DNA of 64,000 bases from Candidatus Eremiobacteria bacterium (lineage in GTDB: Bacteria > Vulcanimicrobiota > Vulcanimicrobiia > Vulcanimicrobiales > Vulcanimicrobiaceae). Each line of letters begins with the position of its first letter. Positions within the stretch are counted from its first letter, which is position 1. The stretch lies in assembly GCA_963758295.1 (NCBI GenBank), contig CAVWUU010000001.1, positions 768,001 through 832,000 of the forward strand, read 5' to 3'. The notes under the pieces were generated by a model. The model was not told the origin of the DNA. It was given only the letters and a program-made list of their open reading frames with translations, and ran no database searches. This document shows positions 30,096-39,479 of the stretch, piece after piece. Both the position numbers and the translations under genes were made by a program.

Positions 30096-31450
30096 GATAC
30101 GGCTCCTAACAGAAGTGAAGACCGGCTCAACTCCAGCGCGATCGCGCGCGCGTGCCGGCTAATCTCCGGGACGGCGGTCGCTTCATAGAACAAGCCGCGC
30201 AATGGGGGACCAAGAGTGAAAAGGCGCGGCTGTTCGATGCCGTCATGCGAATAGACCCGGAAGCTTTTCGACGCATCTAATCCAAGGCGCACCGCGTCGG
30301 GGCGAATTAATCCGCGGCGCAGAAGATTGCGCACAAGCGGCTGGTCGATCTTCGAATAGTCGGAGTTGGGGCCGGTTGCATTTACCAGCGCCTGCACTTC
30401 GATTTTCCGAGTTCTCTCACCGCGTGTAACGGTCATTACGATATTCTTCCCGCCGGCGCGCTCGGCGCCGGTGATTTTTCCTTTCACTATGTGCGCGCGA
30501 CCGGATTCGATCCGGCGCTCGAACGCCGCAAGGGTTTCACGCGGCGCGCGATAGCGGTGGGCCGCCCACAGCGATTGCAAATGCCGGAGAAACCGGCGCT
30601 TGTCGCGTGCGCTCCACGCGATCCAAATGTCCGGCGTTATCTTTCGAATCGATTCGACGACGGCACGCCAATCGCCGCCTTGTGCGACGTGAGCTTTCGC
30701 TGCGCGGCGCATGGAACGCAGCAGCTCGTACGGCGTGTCGAAAGTCAGGCTTAAGGCGTTCACGTTCAATTCGCAGGCCGCCGGGTCTTCGACGAGCGGG
30801 GTTAAGCCGTGCCGCGAAACCAAATAGATGCGGCCCTCGAAGCCGCGCTCGTCGAGCTGCGCTAGAACGTCGAGAGCCGTAAGCCGGCTCCCTACGATAG
30901 CAACGTCGCCTTCGAGCCTCTTTGCGTCGAGGCACCAAGGATTACCGTAATAATGCTGGTGTTCCCTGATAACTTCGGGCAAGAACGAATCGTTGGGCGC
31001 AAAATTGCCGAACGCCAGGACGACGTTGCGCGCGAGGTAATGGCTGCCGCTCTCGTCGACGAGCGAATACCCTTCGGAGTGCGGAAGCACGTCACTAATC
31101 CGTGTTCGCACGTGCGCGAAAGCGGGGCGCGACTCGAGCGCGCGCTGCACCGTCTGCGCCGCATACTGGCCGAACGTGCTTCGCGGGATCAGCGCGTTTC
31201 CGTCGTTTGTTCGTAGCCAACGTAAAAGATGATTGCGGTCGTCGGGAAACAGCGACATGGAATTCGCGCCGCCGTTCATCAGAAGGCATTGGGGCTGACT
31301 GCCGTAAGCGAGGCCGGGCCCCAGGGGGCTCGGTTCGAAAACGACGGCGCGGTAGGACGGCGCAATCAGGCCGGCAAGCGCCAGCACGATCGAAGAACCC
31401 GAAATGCCGCCGCCTATGACCGCGGTATCGAAAATGCGCGGGACCGTCAT
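30092..31450 (-). CDS. FAD/NAD(P)-binding protein (YdhS-like)
   Basis: IGGGISG, GPGLAYG, IPRSTFGQY, FLRH, VNATGP, LGPPLRG...EATAVPEI. Confidence 0.85.
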   Translation of the reverse strand: MTVPRIFDTAVIGGGISGSSIVLALAGLIAPSYRAVVFEPSPLGPGLAYGSQPQCLLMNGGANSMSLFPDDRNHLLRWLRTNDGNALIPRSTFGQYAAQTVQRALESRPAFAHVRTRISDVLPHSEGYSLVDESGSHYLARNVVLAFGNFAPNDSFLPEVIREHQHYYGNPWCLDAKRLEGDVAIVGSRLTALDVLAQLDERGFEGRIYLVSRHGLTPLVEDPAACELNVNALSLTFDTPYELLRSMRRAAKAHVAQGGDWRAVVESIRKITPDIWIAWSARDKRRFLRHLQSLWAAHRYRAPRETLAAFERRIESGRAHIVKGKITGAERAGGKNIVMTVTRGERTRKIEVQALVNATGPNSDYSKIDQPLVRNLLRRGLIRPDAVRLGLDASKSFRVYSHDGIEQPRLFTLGPPLRGLFYEATAVPEISRHARAIALELSRSSLLLGAVS

Positions 31451-31456
31451 ACCTTT

Positions 31457-32719
31457 TCAGGTATCGGCAGCGGCCCGCTTGTCTATCATCCGCTCGATGG
31501 CTCGGTAAATTCGCGGGACGAATTCGCGCTTGTAGGGATAGAGATCGACCGGGTCGCTCGTGTGGACCAACATCGCCGGGTCCGCTTCAAACACAAGCAC
31601 GCGTCCGTCTTGCGTCACGGCGCAATCGATTCCGAAGTACTCCAGCCCTACGGCATCCGCAATCGCTTCAAGCGTCTTTAGCCGCTCGCCGTCAAAGACG
31701 TTGCGCAGGTCGGACAAGAAGCGCGCTTCTTCGTCTCGCATCCAGCGATTTTCCGCCATGGGCGCGTTGTAGTAGTGGATCATCCAGTTCGGAGAAATCG
31801 CCAAGTGCACCGGGTACGGTTCGCCGTCCACGAAAACGATGCGGTATTTGCGGAAGAAGCCGTCGGCGCTTCGATAGTCCGCGAAAGGACTAATAAAGTA
31901 CCGTTCCGCCGCATTGCGTTCAACGTAGTTCGCGAGAAGCTCCCGCGCATCGATTTTTTCCAAACCGTGTCCGGCATGCGAACCGACGGGTCGAATGATA
32001 ATCGGGAATTCGAAGGATACGTTCCCGGACTTGACTGCATCGCTCCCTAGCTCAGCGACCGGTGTTGCGAGGGCGCCCGTTTCCTCCAACGCGTGCGGAA
32101 GAAAAACGCGCGACGTCGTGATGACGCGACCTGGCTCGTTGAGGCGCGGTTTCCTTTGGCCTCCCAAAAGAAGCTCCGCGAGCGCCAAATAGGGAATCGC
32201 TTCCATCGACTCAGCGATTGCGTTCCATGCAACGTCGTAGCGCGGGAGCGTCTCGTGCTGCAGCCGTTCGGCATCGAGCAAATAGAGCTTGTGAACGGTC
32301 GTCGTTTCGCGGTCGAAGAGAAAATCGACCGGGATGTTCGCCTGCCAGTCGCCGGGTGCAAATAAAAACAGAACGCTTCGCCGCTCTTTCGGCGCTATGG
32401 CAGAAAAAAGACGCTGCCGCGATAGCGCTTCGAGTTGATGGTCTAGTGCCGCGTCGCGCTCGCCCGTGATCTGCAGCAGTTCGTAAAGCGCTAGATGCGA
32501 CGCAACGTTTCCGCAATCCAACGAGAGAACGCGCCGGTGCGATTCGATGGCTGCGGCATTATTGCCGGTTTCGTACAAAAGCTGCGCAAGATTCTGATGG
32601 AGTTCGAGCTGTTCCGGAAAACTTTGAATGCCTTGCAAAAATGCGGCGATCGCGTCATTCGTTCTGCCTTCGGCGCGGAAGGCTAGCGCTTGCGCGTTTA
32701 TCGATGAGGGATCGGTCAT
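31457..32719 (-). CDS. TPR repeat plus ATP-grasp domain protein
   Basis: N-terminal TPR-like helices; FPIIIRPVGSHAG, KYRIVFVDG, YFGIDC, VFEAD. Confidence 0.8.
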   Translation of the reverse strand: MTDPSSINAQALAFRAEGRTNDAIAAFLQGIQSFPEQLELHQNLAQLLYETGNNAAAIESHRRVLSLDCGNVASHLALYELLQITGERDAALDHQLEALSRQRLFSAIAPKERRSVLFLFAPGDWQANIPVDFLFDRETTTVHKLYLLDAERLQHETLPRYDVAWNAIAESMEAIPYLALAELLLGGQRKPRLNEPGRVITTSRVFLPHALEETGALATPVAELGSDAVKSGNVSFEFPIIIRPVGSHAGHGLEKIDARELLANYVERNAAERYFISPFADYRSADGFFRKYRIVFVDGEPYPVHLAISPNWMIHYYNAPMAENRWMRDEEARFLSDLRNVFDGERLKTLEAIADAVGLEYFGIDCAVTQDGRVLVFEADPAMLVHTSDPVDLYPYKREFVPRIYRAIERMIDKRAAADT

Positions 32720-33312
32720 TCAAACCACGCCGGAATGCCGGAGTAGCGCTCCTCTTTCCACGGATCGCCTTCGTTGTGATAGCCGCGCACTTCCCAAAAT
32801 CCGGGCTTGTCGGCGGTGAGGAACTCAATGCCGTTGAGCCACTTTGCGCTTTTCCAAAAGTATCGCTTCGGGACAAGCATCCGCACGGGGCCGCCGTGAA
32901 TTGCTTCAACCGGCGCGCCGTCGAATTCATACGCGATCAAGACGTCGTCGTCCATCATCGCTGCGAGCGGAAGATTTGTGCTATACGCGTTCTCGCCGTG
33001 TTGAACAACGTATTTCACGCCTGGTTTGGGGTGCGCTCGCTCTGCGATCGCCGAGAACCGCACGCCGCGCCACTCGGTGTTCTTTTTGCTCCATCGCGTG
33101 ACGCAATGGATGTCGCCGTTCCAAGTTACGGGCGGCATGGCTTGCAATTCAGGGTAGGAGAGCTCGAATGGGCTTTCGCATTCGCCGAAGACGCGCAGCC
33201 GCCAGGCCGGCGGATCGATCTCCGGTACGTCTCCTACGTGCAGCACGGGAAAACCGCCGGTGACGGTTTGGCCGGGCGGAACGGTTAGATCTTGCGGCTT
33301 CATGAATGGCAT
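32716..33312 (-). CDS. Sulfite oxidase-like molybdopterin oxidoreductase (cytoplasmic MsrP-like)
   Basis: PPGQ, DIHCVTRWS, HGGPVR, KSAKW, GFWEVRGYH; start 33303 or 33312. Confidence 0.9.
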   Translation of the reverse strand: MPFMKPQDLTVPPGQTVTGGFPVLHVGDVPEIDPPAWRLRVFGECESPFELSYPELQAMPPVTWNGDIHCVTRWSKKNTEWRGVRFSAIAERAHPKPGVKYVVQHGENAYSTNLPLAAMMDDDVLIAYEFDGAPVEAIHGGPVRMLVPKRYFWKSAKWLNGIEFLTADKPGFWEVRGYHNEGDPWKEERYSGIPAWFE

Positions 33313-33358
33313 TGGAAATGGGTTCTTGTCCGAGGGAGCCAACACGGCCCTTCAACCG

Positions 33359-34114
33359 ATGGCAAAAATCCCGTTCCCAAAGAAGAAAGTGTCGCGTACG
33401 GTGGCCGAGCAAGAGCTCGCGATCCTCGAACGGACGTACCCGCGCGCCGTAACGGCGCTCGAGTATTCGAATCCGTACGAGCTGCTGATTGCGGTGATTC
33501 TCTCCGCGCAGTGCACCGACGCGCGCGTGAATCAGACGACGCCGGCGCTCTTTAAAAAATATCCGACGCCCGAGACGCTGTCGAATGCCGATCGGGAGGA
33601 CGTCGAGCAGATGATCAAGTCATGTGGATTCTTCCGCATGAAGACTGCCAACATCATCAATGCCTCCAAAGGCCTTCTCGAACGGCACGGCGGCGAAGTT
33701 CCGAGGGAGCGGGAAGCGCTCGAAGCTCTGCCGGGCGTCGGGAGAAAAACAGCCAACGTGGTAATGTCGGTTGCGTTCGAAGAAGCGGCATTCGCGGTCG
33801 ACACGCACGTGTTCCGCGTATCGCACCGTCTCGGGCTAACGCTCGGCAAAACACCGCGCGATGTAGAAGAAGACGTTACGTCACTTATTCCACGCGAAAA
33901 ATGGCGCTTCGCTCATCACTGGCTGATTCTGCACGGCCGCGAAATCTGCAAAGCCCCCACGCCGCTTTGCGGCAAGTGCCCCGCAAAGGAAATTTGCCCA
34001 ACGCCTCCGATAATCGCAAAGCTCAACGCCGCTACCAAACGCGTCGCCGTCAAACCGCCTTCCGGCGCAAAACCGGCGTCCGGCACAAAACGAAAACCCG
34101 CAAATTCGCGCTGA
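33359..34114 (+). CDS. nth: Endonuclease III
   Basis: LSAQCTD, LPGVGRKTANVV, VDTHVFR, CKAPTPLCGKCPAKEIC. Confidence 0.95.
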   Translation: MAKIPFPKKKVSRTVAEQELAILERTYPRAVTALEYSNPYELLIAVILSAQCTDARVNQTTPALFKKYPTPETLSNADREDVEQMIKSCGFFRMKTANIINASKGLLERHGGEVPREREALEALPGVGRKTANVVMSVAFEEAAFAVDTHVFRVSHRLGLTLGKTPRDVEEDVTSLIPREKWRFAHHWLILHGREICKAPTPLCGKCPAKEICPTPPIIAKLNAATKRVAVKPPSGAKPASGTKRKPANSR

Positions 34115-34142
34115 TCCGCCAGACGGCTGCGCCGCTGCGCCT

Positions 34143-34198
34143 GTCCTTCGACAAGCTGGAGGATGATGAAAGCGCCCCGTTCGTCGAGCTTACGATGA
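34143..34198. repeat. Degenerate REP-like copies
   Basis: ccttcgacaagctggaggatga and cgttcgtcgagcttacgatga between convergent genes. Confidence 0.55.
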
Positions 34199-34205
34199 AG
34201 GGGGA

Positions 34206-34724
34206 TTATAGCTGGAGTGGACCGCCGCCTGAGAGGTGCGGAGGGCGCGGGAGTTCGGCGTCTTGAGCGACGTATTTGAGCAAAGAAGAAGCGGTGAGCC
34301 GGTCGCCGTAGCCGGCTTCGGTTGAAATCTTCGAGAGATTAATGAGCGCCGGCGTCGGTGACTCGAGATCGAATTGATATTCGCCCTCGAGATTCATCCC
34401 GGAAATGCGCACCAGCTGCTGCACGGGCTCTAAGTCGATCGCAACGCGTTTATCTTGGAACCGCAAACGCAGCCGCAAAGGCTTCTCGAGCCGCACAAGC
34501 TTCACGCCGTTTGCGCCGAGGATCGAATTGAGGCGTTTGCACGACATCGCAAGCTGATCCGCAAAGACCTGAAGCGATTCTTCGGCGTCTTCCGGTTTGC
34601 GGTTGGTCGTCTCGCCGGATGCGGCGTCGATAAGAGCGCCCATGTCGCGTCGCGCGCGAATCTTCGAGGCGGCTTCGACGATAGGGTTTTGGGCGGTGAA
34701 CTCAGGCTTCATGGGGTCGGACAT
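34206..34724 (-). CDS. Hypothetical protein
   Basis: 172-aa ORF with protein-like composition filling the gap; no motif recognised. Confidence 0.7.
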   Translation of the reverse strand: MSDPMKPEFTAQNPIVEAASKIRARRDMGALIDAASGETTNRKPEDAEESLQVFADQLAMSCKRLNSILGANGVKLVRLEKPLRLRLRFQDKRVAIDLEPVQQLVRISGMNLEGEYQFDLESPTPALINLSKISTEAGYGDRLTASSLLKYVAQDAELPRPPHLSGGGPLQL

Positions 34725-34742
34725 CAGACTCTAACGCTTCGC

Positions 34743-34773
34743 AAAAAAATCGGCGCAGTCTTTCGACTACGCC
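34743..34773 (-). terminator. Intrinsic terminator after the Lys/Ala-rich gene
   Basis: cggcgcagtc-tttc-gactacgccg hairpin next to an A7 run (U tail on minus strand). Confidence 0.7.
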
Positions 34774-34798
34774 GTTATTGGATTGAATGAATACGGGG

Positions 34799-35224
34799 TT
34801 ACGGTTTCTTCGTTGCCTTCGGCGCGGGCTTTGCAGCCTTCGCCTTGGGAGCAGCCTTCGAGGCCTTTACGGCCTTCTTGGCAGCGGTCTTCTGCTGGTG
34901 GGGCTTCTTCGAGGCTTTTGCAGCCTTCGGAGCAACCTTCGCAGCCTTGACCGACTTGGCCGCTTTGGCCGACTTAGCAACAGCCTTCTTAGCGGCGGTC
35001 TTTTGCATGTTCGGCTTCTTGGCGGCCTTGGCAACCTTGGGAGCGGCCTTGACGGTCTTCGTCGACTTCGCCGATTTCATCGACTTGTTGGACTTGACGG
35101 TCTTGGCAGCAGCCTTCGGAGCAGCAACCTTCGTTGCCGTCGTCGCCTTAGCGGCGGTGTCGGCGGCCATCGCCGGGGCGGTCATCAGGAACGCGGCGGC
35201 GACGAGCGATGCGAGCATCTTCAT
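34799..35224 (-). CDS. Exported Lys/Ala-rich low-complexity protein (Asr-like or histone H1-like)
   Basis: GGAGGTG RBS, signal peptide ending AMA-A, repeated KKPxxQKTAAKKAV. Confidence 0.8.
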   Translation of the reverse strand: MKMLASLVAAAFLMTAPAMAADTAAKATTATKVAAPKAAAKTVKSNKSMKSAKSTKTVKAAPKVAKAAKKPNMQKTAAKKAVAKSAKAAKSVKAAKVAPKAAKASKKPHQQKTAAKKAVKASKAAPKAKAAKPAPKATKKP

Positions 35225-35439
35225 TGTGTATTCACCTCCCTTCGGAGCAACGGTAAACCGCGGCGGCCAATAGGCCATAACCGCGGCGAGCTACGGTCAA
35301 AGAACGCAGCGTCGGGCTCGAAAGTTCGCCTCAAACGAAAACGCCCCTTTGCCTTGTCCAGCAGAGAGGCGTCTCTTCAGAGGCGCGGCTCGGCGCCAAA
35401 CGCCGAACGCGACCGATTTACGGGGAGCGTAAAACTCGC

Positions 35440-36606
35440 TTATTTCGCTTTGCCGACCATCGCGCGCGAGATCACGAGCCGCTGAATCTGTTGGGTTCCT
35501 TCGTAAATCTGCGTGATTTTGGCGTCGCGCATCATGCGTTCCACCGGGTACTCCGTGGAGTAGCCGAACCCGCCGAGCACTTGAACCGCATCGGTCGAAA
35601 CCGACATCGCGACGTCTCCGCATTTGAGCTTCGCCATCGATGCCCACAGCGACACATCGGGCGCGCCCTCGTCGCACTTGCGCGCTGCTTCGTAAAGCAA
35701 CAAGCGCGCGGCTTCAACTTCGGTTTTCATGTCTGCGAGCATGAATCCGACGCCTTGATGCTGTCCGATCGGCTTGCCGAAGGCGATGCGTTCCTTCGCG
35801 TAGTTCGTCGCGTAATCGAGCGCGCCGGCTGCAATGCCGAGCGCCTGCGCCGCAATGCCCGGACGCGATTTATCGAGCACTTTCATGGCGATTTTAAAAC
35901 CTTCGCCTTCTCCGCCGAGACGGTTTGCCGCCGGAACGACGCAGTCGTCGAAAGCCAGTTCCACCGTAGGTGATCCGCGGATCCCCATCTTTTTCTCTTT
36001 CTTGCCGACGATGAATCCGGCCGTGCCTTTTTCAACAACGAACGCGCTCACGCCGCGCGAACCTGCGCTCGGATCCGTCACCGCGAAAACGCATACGACG
36101 TCGGCCACACTGCCGTTCGTGATCCAAATCTTTTGGCCGTTCAGAACGTAATCGTCTCCTTTGCGCTCGGCTCGCGTGCGCATCGAACCGAGTGCGTCGG
36201 ATCCGCTCGACGCTTCGGTGAGCGCGTATGCGGCAATCTTTTTTCCGGCTGCGATGTCGGGGAGGAATCGTTTCTTCTGTTCCTCGCTGCCGCCGATAAG
36301 AATCGGCAGCATGCCGAGCTCTTGCACTGCGACGATGAGCGAACTCGACGCGCAGGCTTTGGCGATCTCTTCAACCACTTTGACGTACGTCAGGAACGTG
36401 CCGCCTAGGCCGCCGTATTCCGTGGGAATCGGGATGCCCATCAGATCGTTCTGTGCGAACAGTTCTTTGATGTCGTACGGAAATTCGCCGGATTCGTCGA
36501 TGTCGGCGGCGCGCGGTGCGACTTTTTCCGCAACCAGCTCGCGCACCATGTCGAGGATCATCGCCTCTTCATCGGACTCGTGCGCGCGCGGCGCTACAGT
36601 GCTCAT
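35440..36606 (-). CDS. Acyl-CoA dehydrogenase
   Basis: YALTEASSGSD, NGQKIWITNG, KMGIRGS, RIAFGKPI, IYEGTQQIQR. Confidence 0.95.
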   Translation of the reverse strand: MSTVAPRAHESDEEAMILDMVRELVAEKVAPRAADIDESGEFPYDIKELFAQNDLMGIPIPTEYGGLGGTFLTYVKVVEEIAKACASSSLIVAVQELGMLPILIGGSEEQKKRFLPDIAAGKKIAAYALTEASSGSDALGSMRTRAERKGDDYVLNGQKIWITNGSVADVVCVFAVTDPSAGSRGVSAFVVEKGTAGFIVGKKEKKMGIRGSPTVELAFDDCVVPAANRLGGEGEGFKIAMKVLDKSRPGIAAQALGIAAGALDYATNYAKERIAFGKPIGQHQGVGFMLADMKTEVEAARLLLYEAARKCDEGAPDVSLWASMAKLKCGDVAMSVSTDAVQVLGGFGYSTEYPVERMMRDAKITQIYEGTQQIQRLVISRAMVGKAK

Positions 36607-36692
36607 GCTTCTCGCTTACCTCTGGGATAATGGGGTTTCGCCCATTTCCACACCAGAGGGAGCCGTTCCGTCCCCCGGCGCATAAGGCCCGA

Positions 36693-37448
36693 ATGAACAA
36701 AGTCCTCAAGACGTGCGCGGAAGCGGTCGCCGATATTCCGAGCGGCGCATCGCTCGCGGTTGGCGGCTTCGGCTTGAACGGTATCCCACACAACCTCATT
36801 CAAGCGCTTTTAGAACAGGGCGCGGATCAGCTTGTAACGGTTTCGAACAATTGCGGCGTCGACGGCTGGGGCCTCGGTGTTTTGTTGGACAACAAGCGCA
36901 TCCGGCGGACGACCGGCTCGTACGTAGGCGAGAACAAAGAGTTTGAACGCCAATACTTGAGCGGCGAATTGGAAGTGGAATTGGTACCGCAGGGAACGCT
37001 CGCCGAACGCCTGCGGGCGGGCGGTTGCGGCATCCCCGGATTTTACACGCCGGCGGGCGTTGGAACGCTCGTTGCCGACGGCGGCTTGCCGTGGAAACAC
37101 CATTCCGACGGATCCACCGCCGTTGCGTCGCCGAAAAAAGAGACACGGAAGTTCGGCGGCCGTGATTATGTTTTAGAAGAAGGCATCGTTTGCGACTTCG
37201 CGCTCGTGCGCGCTTCTGTCGCTGATACCGCCGGCAATCTCATCTTTCACAAAGCAACGCGCAACTTCAATCCGCTTTGCGCAATGGCGGGAAAAATCAC
37301 GATTGCCGAAGTTGAGGAGCTGGTCGAACCGGGCGAAATAGATCCGGAAAACGTGCATCTGCCGGGAATCTTCGTTCAACGCGTCGTTAAAGTCGGACCC
37401 GAAGGCAAACGCATCGAACGTATCACCACAAGGAAGCGGGGCGCATAA
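36693..37448 (+). CDS. scoA: 3-oxoacid CoA-transferase subunit A
   Basis: [32 protein letters not shown]. Confidence 0.92.
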   Translation: MNKVLKTCAEAVADIPSGASLAVGGFGLNGIPHNLIQALLEQGADQLVTVSNNCGVDGWGLGVLLDNKRIRRTTGSYVGENKEFERQYLSGELEVELVPQGTLAERLRAGGCGIPGFYTPAGVGTLVADGGLPWKHHSDGSTAVASPKKETRKFGGRDYVLEEGIVCDFALVRASVADTAGNLIFHKATRNFNPLCAMAGKITIAEVEELVEPGEIDPENVHLPGIFVQRVVKVGPEGKRIERITTRKRGA

Positions 37449-37450
37449 GT

Positions 37451-38122
37451 ATGTCGTTAACACGCACACAATTGGCGGCGCGCGTTGCACAAGAATTGCG
37501 CGACGGACAGTACGTTAATCTTGGCATCGGTTTGCCGACGCTCATCCCTAATTACGTTCCGGCGGGCGTTACCGTAACGCTCCAAAGCGAGAACGGCATT
37601 TTGGGCATGGGGCCGTATCCGTACGAGGGCGAGGAAAATCCGGATCTGATAAACGCGGGCAAAGAAACGGTGACGGTGCTGCCCGGTGCGTCGTTCTTCG
37701 ACTCGGCGCTTTCGTTCGGCATGATTCGCGGCGGTCACATCGACCTGGCCGTGCTTGGTGCGATGCAGGTCTCGGAGCACGGCGATCTCGCGAACTGGAT
37801 GATCCCGGGCAAGATGGTTAAGGGCATGGGCGGCGCGATGGACCTGGTGCACGGCGCGAAACGCGTCATCGTAATGATGGAACACGTCGCGAAGGGCAAT
37901 TCACATAAAATCGTGGAGCGATGCACGCTGCCCCTTACCGGTAGGGGAGTGGTGCAGAAGATTATCACGGACATAGCGACCATCGACATCGAATCCGACG
38001 GCTTGGTGTTGCGGGAACTCGCGCAGGGCGTAAGCGTAGAAGAAGTCCAAGCCGCCACCGGTGCCAAACTCCACGTACCCTCACCGCCTTCCACCATGAG
38101 AATCCCCGCCGGCGTGGCGTAG
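37451..38122 (+). CDS. scoB: 3-oxoacid CoA-transferase subunit B
   Basis: [14 protein letters not shown] (catalytic Glu), GMGGAMDLV. Confidence 0.93.
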   Translation: MSLTRTQLAARVAQELRDGQYVNLGIGLPTLIPNYVPAGVTVTLQSENGILGMGPYPYEGEENPDLINAGKETVTVLPGASFFDSALSFGMIRGGHIDLAVLGAMQVSEHGDLANWMIPGKMVKGMGGAMDLVHGAKRVIVMMEHVAKGNSHKIVERCTLPLTGRGVVQKIITDIATIDIESDGLVLRELAQGVSVEEVQAATGAKLHVPSPPSTMRIPAGVA

Positions 38123-38177
38123 GTCATCCCGAGCTTGTCGGAGGACAGGTGCATATCCGTAATGCCGGTATGCGCCT
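38123..38177. repeat. Single REP-like copy
   Basis: gtcatcccgagcttgtcggaggac followed by ggtgcata...tatgcgcc hairpin, as in the array units. Confidence 0.7.
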
Positions 38178-38204
38178 TTCCCGTCAGTTAACAAGGAGCG
38201 TTAA

Positions 38205-39479
38205 ATGAGCGTAGGGCAGCGACTCGCCGAAATCAGAAACGGGTTCGACAAACCGTTCTGGGTTGCAAATACCAGCGAAATTTTCGAGCGGCTTTCGTAC
38301 TACGCTGTTTTCTCGACGCTCGCGCTTTATCTGAATCAAACGCTCGGATTTTCGAGCGCACAATCCGCGAGCTTGAGCGGAGTCTTCGGCGGAGCGGTTT
38401 GGGTCATGGCGATCTTCGGCGGTGCGCTTGCCGATCGGATCGGGTTCAGGCGCGCGTTGTCGTCGGCGTACTTCATTCTCGCGTGCGCCTATTTCTTGGT
38501 CGGCTCCATCGGCGCACCGTGGCTGGCTCCGGCGCGTTCCCTGGTTCCGTTGCCGTTGCTCGTGGGCATCATTTTGTTCTTGCCTGCGCTCGGTGTGGCG
38601 CTGGTGAAGCCTTCGGTCGTCGGCACGACGGCGCGCGCTTCGAACGAAAACGTCCGTTCGATCGGCTATTCCATTTACTACACGATGGTCAACATCGGCA
38701 GTACGCTCGGGCCGTTCTTGGCCGGATGGCTGCACTCGCGGCTGCCCGCGCAAGACGTCTTCTTGATTGCCGCGTGCAGCGTTCTCGCGATGTTCGTCGT
38801 GGTGCTGGTGTTCTTTAAAGAGCCGCGCGTCGCCGGCAACACGCAAGGAAAGACGCTCGCGCAAACCGGCCGCGATTTCCTCACGGTTCTCGGCAACGGC
38901 CGGTTTGTGCTCTTCCTCCTGATTTTTTCGGGGTACTGGATCGTCTATTGGCAGCAGTTTTTGATCCTGCCGATTTACATCAATAACTACGTCGACAAGA
39001 ACGCCAATACGGCGTTGATTCTCATTACCTGTCCCTTGACCGTCATTACGCTCACCGTGGCGATCAATGCGCTAATGCGTGGCATCCGTTCGTTCCAGGC
39101 GGTCATCATCGGGTCGCTGATTACGTCCGTATCATGGCTGCTGATCGCCTTGCACCCGAGCGTGCCGATGGCGGTGTTGAGCCTCATCGTCCTTGCGCTC
39201 GGCGAAATCATTCAATCCCCGCGCTATTACGAGTACATCTCTCGGCTCGCGCCCGAAGGCCAACAGGGAACCTACATGGGTTTCGCGTTTTTGCCTATCG
39301 GGATCGGCTCGTTCGTCGGCGGATGGTTCGGCGGGATGCTGCTCGCGCACTTTGGTGAAGCTTCGCACTCGCCGGCAATGATATGGATCGTGATTACGGG
39401 AGTCGGCATCGCAACCACCGTTCTGCTGTGGGTGTATGACCGCTTTGCGGTTCGGGCAGCGGCCGCTGTAACGGAATAG
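38205..39479 (+). CDS. MFS transporter, POT/PTR-like
   Basis: EIFERLSYY (ExxERFxYY-like), GGALADRIG, YTMVNIG. Confidence 0.88.
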   Translation: MSVGQRLAEIRNGFDKPFWVANTSEIFERLSYYAVFSTLALYLNQTLGFSSAQSASLSGVFGGAVWVMAIFGGALADRIGFRRALSSAYFILACAYFLVGSIGAPWLAPARSLVPLPLLVGIILFLPALGVALVKPSVVGTTARASNENVRSIGYSIYYTMVNIGSTLGPFLAGWLHSRLPAQDVFLIAACSVLAMFVVVLVFFKEPRVAGNTQGKTLAQTGRDFLTVLGNGRFVLFLLIFSGYWIVYWQQFLILPIYINNYVDKNANTALILITCPLTVITLTVAINALMRGIRSFQAVIIGSLITSVSWLLIALHPSVPMAVLSLIVLALGEIIQSPRYYEYISRLAPEGQQGTYMGFAFLPIGIGSFVGGWFGGMLLAHFGEASHSPAMIWIVITGVGIATTVLLWVYDRFAVRAAAAVTE

